Under the pieces are notes generated by a model that was given only the letters and a program-made list of their open reading frames with translations, ran no database searches and was not told where the DNA came from. Made by a program: the position numbers and the translations under genes. Below are positions 8,182 to 17,606 of a DNA stretch of 64,000 nt, piece after piece. The DNA is from an uncultured Bacilli bacterium. GTDB taxonomy: Bacteria > Bacillota_I > Bacilli_A > RF39 > UBA660. The stretch spans positions 8,889 to 72,888 of the forward strand of contig CANQYE010000001.1 of NCBI GenBank assembly GCA_947627995.1. Reading direction: 5' to 3'. The first letter of the stretch is position 1, and each line of letters begins with the position of its first letter.

Positions 8182-9759
8182 ATGCAAGATAATTCAAAAT
8201 TTTATATAACCACACCTATATATTATCCAAGTAATAAATTTACTTTAGGAAATTGTTATACTACAGTTGCTTGTGATGCAATTGCTAGATTTAATAGAAT
8301 GTTAGGAAGAGATGTTTTTTATTTAACAGGGACTGATGAACATGGCGAAAAAATAGCAAAGATTGCTAAAGAAAATAATAAAACTGAAATAGAGTATCTT
8401 GATGAGATGATAGCTGATGCAAAAGAGTTATGGAAGATTTTAAACATTTCATATGATGATTTTATTCGAACTACAGAAAAACGTCATGAAGTAGTTGTTA
8501 ATATGGTTATGAAAAAACTTTATGAAAAGGGAGAGATTTACAAATCTACATACAATGATTGGTATTGTACTCCTTGCGAGTCATTTTGGACTGAATCTCA
8601 ATTAATTGATGGAAAATGTCCCGATTGTGGAAGAGAAGTCCATGAAGAAAAAGAGGAAGCATACTTTTTTAGACTAAGTAATTATACTGATAAAATTTTA
8701 GATTTATATAAAAATAATGAAGATTTTTTATTACCTAAATCAAGAGTCCACGAAATGGTTAATAATTTTTTAAAAGATGGATTAAAAGATTTATGCGTTA
8801 GTAGAACTAGTGTTAAATGGGGTATACCGGTTGAATTCGATAAAAGTCATACAGTTTATGTTTGGGTAGATGCTTTAACTAATTATATCTCTGCGTTAGG
8901 TTATGGCTCAAATGATGATAAGTTTAATAAATATTGGCCTGCAGATGTGCATGTTGTTGGTAAAGAAATAGTTAGATTTCATGCTATTATTTGGCCTGCT
9001 TTACTTATGGCTTTAGATTTGCCGTTACCAAAACAAATACTTGGACATGGATGGTTATTATTTGGAGGAGATAAGCTTTCTAAAAGTAAAAAAAATACAT
9101 CAAAAGATGTTTTAGATCCAAGAATTTTAGTTAGTAGATATTCATCTGATGCGGTACGTTTATATCTATTAAAAGAAGTTCCATTTGGAAGTGATGGTAT
9201 TTATACACAAGAATTATTTCTGAATTCTTATAATGCAAATTTATCTAATACAATAGGCAATTTAGTATCTAGAACAATTTCAATGATAGAAAAATATAAC
9301 GAAGGTATAATTCCTTCTAAAAAGGAAATAATAGATTTAGATAGTAAATATATTGAAGATATTAAATCAAACATTAAAAATACTTTTGATTTTATGAAAA
9401 TATATGATATTTCTTCAGCATTAAATGAAGTTTTGAATATATTTAATAGATCTAATAAATATATTGATGAGACTACACCTTGGATATTAGCAAAGGAAAA
9501 TAATAAAGGACGTCTTGATTCGGTGTTATATAATTTATCAGAAGTAATTTTAAAAGGGGCTACTTTATTATTACCATTTTTAACTGAACAACCAAAAAAA
9601 ATATTTGAAGCTTTTGGCGTATTAGAAGTTAAAGATTTTAAAAATATATTAGACTTTGATATATTAGAATCTGGAATTAAAGTTAAACATATTAATGCTT
9701 TATATCAAAGGTTAGATATTAAAAAAGAAAATGAAGAATTGTGGGATTTAAATGTTTAA
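8182..9759 (+). CDS. metG: Methionyl-tRNA synthetase homolog (short form, 525 aa) with degenerate HIGH motif (TLGN)
   Basis: [26 protein letters not shown] aligns to B. subtilis [26 protein letters not shown]. Zinc knuckle CTPCES...CPDCG present. KLSKS stands in place of KMSKS. Confidence 0.8.
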   Translation: [525 protein letters not shown]

Positions 9760-10474
9760 AAAAGCAATTTTATTAATTCATGGTTTTGCAGGTGGCACTT
9801 ATGATTTAGAATATTTGGAACATTCTTTAGAAGTAGTTACTAATTACCATGTTTTTTCTTTTACTTTGCCAGGACATGCTAGCAGTGTACAAATTAAAGC
9901 AACTAAAGAAGATTGGATTAAAAGTACAGAAAAAAATATAGAATGGTTAATAAGCAATGGATATAAAAATATATATGTTGTAGGGCATAGTATGGGAGCA
10001 GTAATTGCTTGCCATATTGCAAGAAAATATAGTGAAGTAAAAAAATTAGTGCTATTATCACCAGCTTTCCGTTATTTTAAATTTAAAAACAATAAATTAG
10101 ATATTATAAGCAGTATAAAAAATAGTAAAGATATTTTAAGTGGGTATCCTAGAAATGAAGTAATATCTAGAATTATTTCTTCACCAGCCAGTAGTGTAAA
10201 AAATTTTATAAATTTAGTGAAAGAGCATTATGATGATCCTTTGTTTATAAATATTCCGACACTAATTATTCATGGGAATGATGATTTAATTGCTCCTTTT
10301 GAAAGTGCTTTATATGTTCATAATAATTTAAAATCAAAAATAAATATTTTAATTAATATTAAAGATATAAATCACTATGTTTTAGATGATGAACATAAGG
10401 AGCAAGTTTGTAACTTAGTAAAAAATTTTTTAAAAAACAATCTTACTAATAATAAAAAAATAATTAATATGTAG
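9752..10474 (+). CDS. Alpha/beta-hydrolase fold esterase (GHSMG nucleophile elbow)
   Basis: HGFAGG ... GHSMGAVIA ... HGNDD motifs. Length 240 aa. Confidence 0.6.
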   Translation: MFKKAILLIHGFAGGTYDLEYLEHSLEVVTNYHVFSFTLPGHASSVQIKATKEDWIKSTEKNIEWLISNGYKNIYVVGHSMGAVIACHIARKYSEVKKLVLLSPAFRYFKFKNNKLDIISSIKNSKDILSGYPRNEVISRIISSPASSVKNFINLVKEHYDDPLFINIPTLIIHGNDDLIAPFESALYVHNNLKSKINILINIKDINHYVLDDEHKEQVCNLVKNFLKNNLTNNKKIINM

Positions 10475-10482
10475 TAAGTGTA

Positions 10483-10510
10483 AAATTTCGTAAATATACG
10501 AAATTTTTTT
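10483..10510 (+). terminator. Rho-independent terminator after the esterase gene
   Basis: Stem AAATTTCGTA-aata-TACGAAATTT followed by T-run. Confidence 0.6.
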
Positions 10511-10529
10511 ATTTTTTTTGCTAGTTTCC

Positions 10530-10558
10530 TTGACTTTAATTATTTTATAAAGTATTAT
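10530..10558 (+). promoter_or_regulatory. Putative sigma-A promoter of the mraZ operon (TTGACT-17-TATTAT)
   Basis: Hexamers with 17-bp spacer upstream of mraZ. Confidence 0.4.
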
Positions 10559-10568
10559 TATGGTATGC

Positions 10569-10593
10569 AGTGGTGCAAAGTGGAAGAAAGTGG
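10569..10593 (+). promoter_or_regulatory. Three direct AGTGG repeats at 10-bp period in the mraZ 5' UTR (putative MraZ operator)
   Basis: AGTGGtgcaaAGTGGaagaaAGTGGggg lies immediately upstream of the mraZ ATG (10603). It resembles the GTGGG x3 MraZ-binding repeats. Confidence 0.5.
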
Positions 10594-10602
10594 GGGATAC
10601 TG

Positions 10603-11040
10603 ATGTTTATGGGTGAGTTTCATCATAATCTTGATGAAAAAAATAGAGTCATTATTCCTGCTAAATTACGTGCAAACCTTGGTGAAAGATTTATTATAAC
10701 TCAAGGACTTGAAGGATGTTTATTTGTTTATCCTTTAAAAGAATGGGATAAAATAACAAAAAAACTTAATGGTTTACCTTTTACCAAAAAAGATGCTCGT
10801 ACATTTTCTAGATTTTTTATTTCTGGAGCCACTGAGTGTATATTTGACAAAATGGGTCGAGTAAATATTCCTTATCCACTTATTAAATATGCGAATTTAA
10901 AAAGAGAACTTATTATTATTGGCGTTAATGATCGTATAGAATTGTGGAGTAAAGAGAGATGGGAAAAATATTTGGATGAAAATTCATCAACATTTGAGAC
11001 AATAGCAGAAAATTTATTTTTAGGTGACGAAGATGCATAA
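10603..11040 (+). CDS. mraZ: Transcriptional regulator MraZ
   Basis: MFMGEFHHNLDEKNRVIIPAKLR is the MraZ start. Two MraZ repeats. The ORF track starts earlier at a GTG. Confidence 0.85.
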   Translation: MFMGEFHHNLDEKNRVIIPAKLRANLGERFIITQGLEGCLFVYPLKEWDKITKKLNGLPFTKKDARTFSRFFISGATECIFDKMGRVNIPYPLIKYANLKRELIIIGVNDRIELWSKERWEKYLDENSSTFETIAENLFLGDEDA

Positions 11041-11953
11041 AAGCGTAATGTTGAATGAAACTATTTCAGCTCTAAACATCAAAGATGATGGAATATATGT
11101 TGATGCTACTTTAGGATATGCAGGTCATAGTAGTGAGATTTTAAAACGATTAAAAAGGGGTCGTTTATTCGCCTTTGATCAAGATGAAGAAGCAAGAAAT
11201 TATTCTTTTGAAAAATTAGCAAAAATAAATTCTCAATTTAAAATATTGCCTTATAATTTTGTAAATATGAAAAAAGCCTTACAAAAAGAAAAAATTGATT
11301 TAATAGACGGAATACTTTTTGATTTAGGTGTATCTAGTCCACAAATCGATAATAAGGAACGAGGATTTAGTTTTATGCAAGATGCACCTTTAGATATGCG
11401 TATGAATAAAAATAATGAAAAATCAGCTTTTGAAGTTATTAATTCATATTCGGAAAAGAAATTATTAGAAATATTTTTTAACTATGGTGAAGAAAGAAAA
11501 AGTAAAATTATAGCTGAAAAAATTATTCAAAAAAGATCTCAAAAAGAAATAAGAACGACGTTAGAATTAGTTGAAATTATTAGAAATAGTGTTGGAGAAA
11601 AATATTTTAACTTATATCATCCTGAAAGAAAAATTTTTCAAGCAATTAGAATTGAAGTAAATGATGAGTTAAACGTTATAAAACAAGTTTTGCCGGATGC
11701 AATATCATTATTAAAAAAAGGTGGAAGAATAGTTATTTTAACCTTTCATTCTTTGGAAGATAGAATAGTCAAACAAATATTTAAAAAATATAGCGATGTT
11801 CCTGAAATAGTAAAAGGATTGCCAGAAATTCCTGAGGAGTATAAGCCTCTTATAAAATTAGTTAATAAAAAGCCAATACTTCCTAGTATTGATGAAATAA
11901 ATAAAAATTCTCGTAGCAAAAGTGCAAAATTGAGAATTGTTGAAAGGATTTAG
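11024..11953 (+). CDS. rsmH: 16S rRNA (cytosine1402-N4)-methyltransferase RsmH
   Basis: DATLGYAGHS SAM motif. Position directly after mraZ. Confidence 0.85.
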   Translation: MTKMHKSVMLNETISALNIKDDGIYVDATLGYAGHSSEILKRLKRGRLFAFDQDEEARNYSFEKLAKINSQFKILPYNFVNMKKALQKEKIDLIDGILFDLGVSSPQIDNKERGFSFMQDAPLDMRMNKNNEKSAFEVINSYSEKKLLEIFFNYGEERKSKIIAEKIIQKRSQKEIRTTLELVEIIRNSVGEKYFNLYHPERKIFQAIRIEVNDELNVIKQVLPDAISLLKKGGRIVILTFHSLEDRIVKQIFKKYSDVPEIVKGLPEIPEEYKPLIKLVNKKPILPSIDEINKNSRSKSAKLRIVERI

Positions 11954-11958
11954 ATAAT

Positions 11959-12258
11959 ATGGTAAAAGCAAAAAAATCAAAAATTTTTAAGGGTGAAAAA
12001 ATAACTTATGTTATCTTATTATTTTTAATTATGCTTGCACCTATAATGATTGTTTTTTCTAAAGCAATGTTATCTAAAACAAATTTTGAGCTTAAAAGAA
12101 TGCAAAGTAAAATAAATGTTCAAGAAGATAAAAATGAAAGCCTTAGCATGAAAATTAATGAATTAGCATCACTTGATAAAATACAATCACTTGCAAAGGA
12201 ATTAGGTTTGTCTTATAATAATAATAATATTAAAGTAATAAATGAAACCAAAAATTAA
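11959..12258 (+). CDS. ftsL: Cell division protein FtsL-like (small bitopic, coiled coil)
   Basis: 99 aa with one TM then a coiled coil. Sits between rsmH and the PBP gene. Confidence 0.5.
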   Translation: MVKAKKSKIFKGEKITYVILLFLIMLAPIMIVFSKAMLSKTNFELKRMQSKINVQEDKNESLSMKINELASLDKIQSLAKELGLSYNNNNIKVINETKN

Positions 12259-12269
12259 GGAAGTGTAGC

Positions 12270-14372
12270 ATGAAAAATAAAAAAAGCACCATTAAAATTA
12301 ATAAATTGTTAATTTTTTGTTTGCTTTTTTTATTTGGTTTAATTATTATTAGAGTATTTTTAGTTGCATATACTGGTATAGTTGATGGTATAAATTTAAA
12401 ACAATTTGCAAAATCTAGAGATACATATAAAAGTACTATAAGAGCAAATAGAGGTAGCATTTATGATATTAATGGAGAAATACTTGCTCAAAATGTCAAT
12501 TCATATAATGTAATTGCTTATTTAGATGAAAAAAGAACAACAGATGAAAATAAGCCACGTCATGTAGTTGATAAAGAAAAGACAGCTGAGGAATTAAGCC
12601 CAATTTTAAATATGGAAAAAGATGCTATCTTAAATCTTTTAAATAAAGATGTTTATCAAGTCGAATTAGGGCCAGGAGGTCGAAATATAACTGAGCTTAT
12701 AAAAGAAAAAGTAGAAAAATTAAATTTACCTGGAATAGATTTTATTAAGAGTGATAAAAGATATTACAAAATGGGTAATTTTGCTTCTTATGTAATAGGA
12801 TATGCAAGAAAAAATGATAATGATCAAATCATTGGACAAATGGGTGTAGAAAAGACATTTAATGATGTTTTAAAGGGAACAGATGGATATTTAGAATATC
12901 AAAGAGATATATTTGGGTATCAAATACCAAATACTCCTTCTATTAGAGAAGAACCGAAAAATGGGAATGATATTTATTTAACTATAGATAATAATATACA
13001 AATTTTATTAGAAAATTCGCTAATAAATTTATATGATAAATCGAGATATACATGGGCAACATTTACAATTGCAGATGCCAAAACAGGTGCAATTGTAGGC
13101 AGTGCCTCTTATCCTAGTTTTGATCCAAATACTTTAGAAGGGATTAATAGCTATTTAAATCCTTTAACTCAGTATGCTTATGAACCTGGTTCTACAATGA
13201 AAACTTTTACCTATATGGCAGCAATGGAAAATGGAGTATATAATGGGGAGAATACTTTTACTAGTGGTGGTATAAGTATAGGAGAAGATAAGGTTACGGA
13301 TTTTAATGAGGTAGGATTTGGAGTTATTAGTTTTGATAAAGGTTTTGCATATTCTTCAAATGTTGGAGCAACTTTACTAGCTCAAAAAATTGGTAGGAAT
13401 AATTTAAAGGAATATTTTAATAGATTAGGTTTTGGTAAAAAAACAGGAATTGAATTGCCGGGTGAAGCGAATGGAACGCTTAATTTTAAATACGATATTG
13501 AATTAGCTACAGCATCTTTTGGGCAAGGTATTACTACAACTCCTATTCAAAATATTCAAGCATTAACGGCTTTAACTAATAATGGGATAATGCTTAAACC
13601 ATACATTGTAGATAAAATTATGGATTCAAATGGGATTACTATTGAAAAAGGAAAACGAACAGAGGTTGCTACAGTTGCATCCAAGGAAACAGTAGCAAAA
13701 ATGTTAGATTTAATGAAAAGCGTGGTCAATGATGGTTTGACATCAGCTAAATATTATCAAACAGAAAATGTAACATTAATTGGAAAAACAGGAACTGCAC
13801 AAATAGCAGATCCAAATGGTGGTTACTTAAAAGGAGATACAAATTATATTAGAAGTTTTGCTGGAATATTTCCTTACAACGATCCAAAGTATATAATTTA
13901 TATTTCTGTAAAACAGCTAAGTGGGTCAGTATCTGTAATGGCTAATGCTGTTAAAGGAGTAGTAGAAGAGGTTGCTAATTACAAAAATATAACAGAAACA
14001 GAAAATGCAATGGATGAAAGTAAAATTATAAAATTAACTACTTATATATCAAAAGATAAAGAAGAAGTTACAAATAATTTGTCTTTATTAAATTTAATAC
14101 CAGTTATAATTGGTGATGGGAATAAAATAGTAGATCAATATCCTAATAAAAATGCAACTCTAGTTTCTGGCAATAAGGTGTTTTTACTAACTGATGGACA
14201 AAACATTACTTTACAGAACATGAATGGCTGGTCAAGAAGTGATATAAAAAATTATTGTTCTCTTACAAAAATTAAATGTATTTTTGAGGGAAAAGGTAAA
14301 GCAAGCGAGATATCTTATCCAGAAGGAACAAATATTAAAGATATTGATGAATTAAAAATATTTTTACAATAA
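12270..14372 (+). CDS. pbpB: Class B penicillin-binding protein (PBP2B/FtsI) with C-terminal PASTA domains
   Basis: N-terminal TM. STMK, SSN and KTGT motifs. About 140 aa of C-terminal PASTA repeats. Confidence 0.85.
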   Translation: MKNKKSTIKINKLLIFCLLFLFGLIIIRVFLVAYTGIVDGINLKQFAKSRDTYKSTIRANRGSIYDINGEILAQNVNSYNVIAYLDEKRTTDENKPRHVVDKEKTAEELSPILNMEKDAILNLLNKDVYQVELGPGGRNITELIKEKVEKLNLPGIDFIKSDKRYYKMGNFASYVIGYARKNDNDQIIGQMGVEKTFNDVLKGTDGYLEYQRDIFGYQIPNTPSIREEPKNGNDIYLTIDNNIQILLENSLINLYDKSRYTWATFTIADAKTGAIVGSASYPSFDPNTLEGINSYLNPLTQYAYEPGSTMKTFTYMAAMENGVYNGENTFTSGGISIGEDKVTDFNEVGFGVISFDKGFAYSSNVGATLLAQKIGRNNLKEYFNRLGFGKKTGIELPGEANGTLNFKYDIELATASFGQGITTTPIQNIQALTALTNNGIMLKPYIVDKIMDSNGITIEKGKRTEVATVASKETVAKMLDLMKSVVNDGLTSAKYYQTENVTLIGKTGTAQIADPNGGYLKGDTNYIRSFAGIFPYNDPKYIIYISVKQLSGSVSVMANAVKGVVEEVANYKNITETENAMDESKIIKLTTYISKDKEEVTNNLSLLNLIPVIIGDGNKIVDQYPNKNATLVSGNKVFLLTDGQNITLQNMNGWSRSDIKNYCSLTKIKCIFEGKGKASEISYPEGTNIKDIDELKIFLQ

Positions 14373-14473
14373 AATGTATTAAAAAAATCAGAATATATTT
14401 CTGTTTTTTTTGTTTGTGTTGTGTTAAATTTACAACTTAATTTAAACGTGTTATACTTATTTCGGTGATTTTT

Positions 14474-15238
14474 ATGTTAAAAATTGAAAATTTAAGTATT
14501 AAAGTCTTAAATAAAGAAATATTAAATAATATAAATTTAACAATAAATGATGGTGAAATCCATGTAATTATGGGGCCTAATGGAATAGGCAAAAGTAGCT
14601 TATGCCATTGTATTATGGGAAATCCAGATTATGTTATTTCTAATGGTAATATTTTTTATGATAAAGAGAATTTAAATCTTCTAGATGTTGCAAAAAGAGC
14701 TAAATTAGGAATATACTATTTATTTCAAAACCCGCCAATGATTGAAGGTGTTACTAATTCAGCTATGATTAGAGCTGCTTTAACCTCCAAAACAGGGGAA
14801 CATATTGATATTTTTAAATTTAATAAAGAACTTAAAGAAGTTGCTAATAAATTAAATTTAGATCCTTCTTTTATACATCGAGAAGTTAATGTTAATATGA
14901 GTGGTGGAGAAAAGAAAAAAAATGAAATGTTGAATCTATGGATGCTTAAACCAAATTTTATAATGTTAGATGAACTAGATTCTGGTTTAGATGTGGATAG
15001 TATTAAAGTTGTTTTAAATAGTTTAAAAGAATATATTAAAAAATATAAAGCTTCTTTATTGATAATTACTCATAATACAAAAATATTTGATTATTTAAAG
15101 CCTGATTATATTCATATACTAAATAATAAAACGATAGTTAAAACTGGTAATATAAATTTAGCTTATGAAATTGAAAAAAATGGTTTTAATGAAATTTCTA
15201 AGTCATTTAAAATAAGCGAGAATAAATCTTATGAATAA
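14474..15238 (+). CDS. sufC: Fe-S cluster assembly ATPase SufC
   Basis: MLKIENLSIKV start. Walker A GPNGIGKSS and an ABC signature. The ORF track starts at an upstream GTG. Confidence 0.8.
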   Translation: MLKIENLSIKVLNKEILNNINLTINDGEIHVIMGPNGIGKSSLCHCIMGNPDYVISNGNIFYDKENLNLLDVAKRAKLGIYYLFQNPPMIEGVTNSAMIRAALTSKTGEHIDIFKFNKELKEVANKLNLDPSFIHREVNVNMSGGEKKKNEMLNLWMLKPNFIMLDELDSGLDVDSIKVVLNSLKEYIKKYKASLLIITHNTKIFDYLKPDYIHILNNKTIVKTGNINLAYEIEKNGFNEISKSFKISENKSYE

Positions 15239-15887
15239 AATAGTAGTAGATAAAGATAAATATTTATCTTTAGATAATAAAAAAGTAATTTTAGATGTTA
15301 GGTTAAATGAACTAGAGCTTAATATTACTGGAAATGTTGTCGTTTATGAAAAATTGACTATTGTTGGCGATTATAATTTAAAAATAAAAGTTAATGAAAA
15401 TAGTAGTTTAGAAATGTATATAATAAATTCTTTATCTTGCGGAAATGAAAATATTATTATTGAAAGTTTAGAAAATAGTAATTTATATTTAGAAGAGAAA
15501 ATACATTTAAAAGATAAATTAAATTATTCTATAGAAAACAATTTAAAATCTTCTAATATAAATAATGAAATTAAAGTTCATGTTGTGACTGAAAATAATG
15601 GAAAGATAAACGCTTGTATTAAATCTAGTGTTTTAAAAGATACTAAGAACAATTTTTTAAATGAGGAAATAAAAGTTTTAACTTTAAATAATGCTAAAAA
15701 TGTTATAAAGCCAGATTTATTAGTTAGCAGTAATGATATTATTGCTAATCATAGTGCAACTATAAGTAACATTAAACTTGGTGATTTATATTATTTACAA
15801 AGTAAGGGCATTAATGAAAAAGAAGCAAAAGAATTATTTAAAAATGGGTTTTTATATAACAAAAAAATAAATGAAGTTATAAATTAG
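15231..15887 (+). CDS. Miniature SufB/SufD-family protein (218 aa)
   Basis: C-terminus IKPDLLVSSNDIIANHSATISNIKLGDLYYLQSKGINEKEAKELFKNGF matches the conserved SufB/D C-terminal region. Overlaps the sufC stop. Confidence 0.55.
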   Translation: MNKIVVDKDKYLSLDNKKVILDVRLNELELNITGNVVVYEKLTIVGDYNLKIKVNENSSLEMYIINSLSCGNENIIIESLENSNLYLEEKIHLKDKLNYSIENNLKSSNINNEIKVHVVTENNGKINACIKSSVLKDTKNNFLNEEIKVLTLNNAKNVIKPDLLVSSNDIIANHSATISNIKLGDLYYLQSKGINEKEAKELFKNGFLYNKKINEVIN

Positions 15888-15899
15888 GGAGGTGATAAT

Positions 15900-17102
15900 T
15901 TGGATTTTACTAGAAAAGATTTTCCAATGTTAAATAGTGATATTATATATTTTGATAATGGAGCTACTACTTTTAAACCAGATTCTGTTATTCAAGCTAT
16001 TAGTGATTATTATAGTAATTATTGTGCAAATGCACATAGAGGAGATTATGATATCTCTTATAAAGTTGATTTAGAATATGAAGGAGCAAGAGATGCTGTA
16101 AAAGAATTTATAAATGCTGCTTCTCGTGATGAAATTATTTTTACATCTGGAGCAACTGAAGGCCTTAATATGATAGCAGATGGTTTTTTTAAAAACATTT
16201 TAGAGATAAATGATGAAATAATTATTAGTGATAGTGAACATGCTTCTAATGTTTTACCATGGTTTCGATTGGCTAAAACTAATGGATGCATTATCAAAAA
16301 GATTCCTTTAGATAAAGATTATAAAGTAACAATCGATGCTTTAAAAAGCGTTATTACACCTCAGACTAAAGTTATATCTCTTGCTCAAGTAACAAATGTT
16401 ATAGGAGATATTAGACCGATAAAAGAAATATGTGAATTTGCTCATCAATTAGGTATTTTTGTTGTTGTTGATGGATCTCAAAGTGTTCCACATATGAAAG
16501 TAAATGTTCAAGATTTAGATTGTGACTTTTTAGTTTTTTCTGGACATAAAATGTGTGGACCGACTGGTATTGGAATTTTATATGGCCAAAAGGAGTTATT
16601 GGAAGAAATGATACCAATAAATTTAGGTGGTGGAATGAATGAGTCTTTTGACACTATTGATTCTGTGATGCTTAAATCACTGCCACATAGGTTGGAAGCT
16701 GGGACTCCTAATATAGCAGGAGCGATTGGTCTTAAAAAAGCTATTGAGTATTTAAATAATCTTAAAATGGATAATATTCATAAATATGAACAAAATTTAA
16801 GAAAATATATGATAGATAGACTTATAAAAATTCCTCACGTTGATATAATTAATTTGAATAGTGAAAGTGGAATAATTACTATAAATGTTGATGGGATTTT
16901 TAGTCAGGATGTTGCTTATTATTTAAATAAATATAATATTTGTGTACGTGCTGGGAATCATTGTGCTAAAATATTAAAACAATCAATAGGTGTTAAAAAT
17001 ACACTTCGAATAAGTTTATATTTTTATAATACATATGAAGAAATTGATAATTTTATCGAGCTTATTTCTGATAAAGAAAAGATATTGAAAGAGATGATAT
17101 AA
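15900..17102 (+). CDS. sufS: Cysteine desulfurase SufS (class II)
   Basis: PLP-Lys in FSGHKMCGPTG. Active-site Cys in RAGNHCA. Confidence 0.85.
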   Translation: MDFTRKDFPMLNSDIIYFDNGATTFKPDSVIQAISDYYSNYCANAHRGDYDISYKVDLEYEGARDAVKEFINAASRDEIIFTSGATEGLNMIADGFFKNILEINDEIIISDSEHASNVLPWFRLAKTNGCIIKKIPLDKDYKVTIDALKSVITPQTKVISLAQVTNVIGDIRPIKEICEFAHQLGIFVVVDGSQSVPHMKVNVQDLDCDFLVFSGHKMCGPTGIGILYGQKELLEEMIPINLGGGMNESFDTIDSVMLKSLPHRLEAGTPNIAGAIGLKKAIEYLNNLKMDNIHKYEQNLRKYMIDRLIKIPHVDIINLNSESGIITINVDGIFSQDVAYYLNKYNICVRAGNHCAKILKQSIGVKNTLRISLYFYNTYEEIDNFIELISDKEKILKEMI

Positions 17103-17539
17103 TGGATGAAAATTTAAGAAGAGAAATCATTTTAGAAAATTATCAGAATCCGATTAATAGAGAGATAATAAAAGATAATAGATATATAAAAGTTAATTCT
17201 AACAATGAATCTTGTATTGATAATATTGATTTATTTATATTAATTGAAAATAATAAAATAAGAGATATAAAATTTGATGGAGAAGCTTGTGCAATAAGTA
17301 CTGCCAGTACGTCTTTAATGATTAAAAGTTTAATAGATAAAAGTTTGGATGAAGTTAAAGATATTTGTGAAAATTTTACAAAAATGATTAATGGTGATAG
17401 TAAATATGAAATATCCGGAGAACTATTATCTTTTAACGAAATTTATAAACAAGCGAATCGAAAGCATTGTGCTATTTTACCTTGGTTAGGTATAAAAAAA
17501 GCAATTGAAGAATATAAAAATCAAAATAACACAGATTAA
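17102..17539 (+). CDS. sufU: Sulfur-acceptor scaffold SufU
   Basis: Three conserved Cys (NESCID, GEACAIS, RKHCAIL). Confidence 0.75.
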   Translation: MDENLRREIILENYQNPINREIIKDNRYIKVNSNNESCIDNIDLFILIENNKIRDIKFDGEACAISTASTSLMIKSLIDKSLDEVKDICENFTKMINGDSKYEISGELLSFNEIYKQANRKHCAILPWLGIKKAIEEYKNQNNTD

Positions 17540-17606
17540 TGTGTTATTTTTTTTATTGAGTTATAATTTAAGTTTATGATATTATTTATTTGTAGAGGTG
17601 TGAAAT

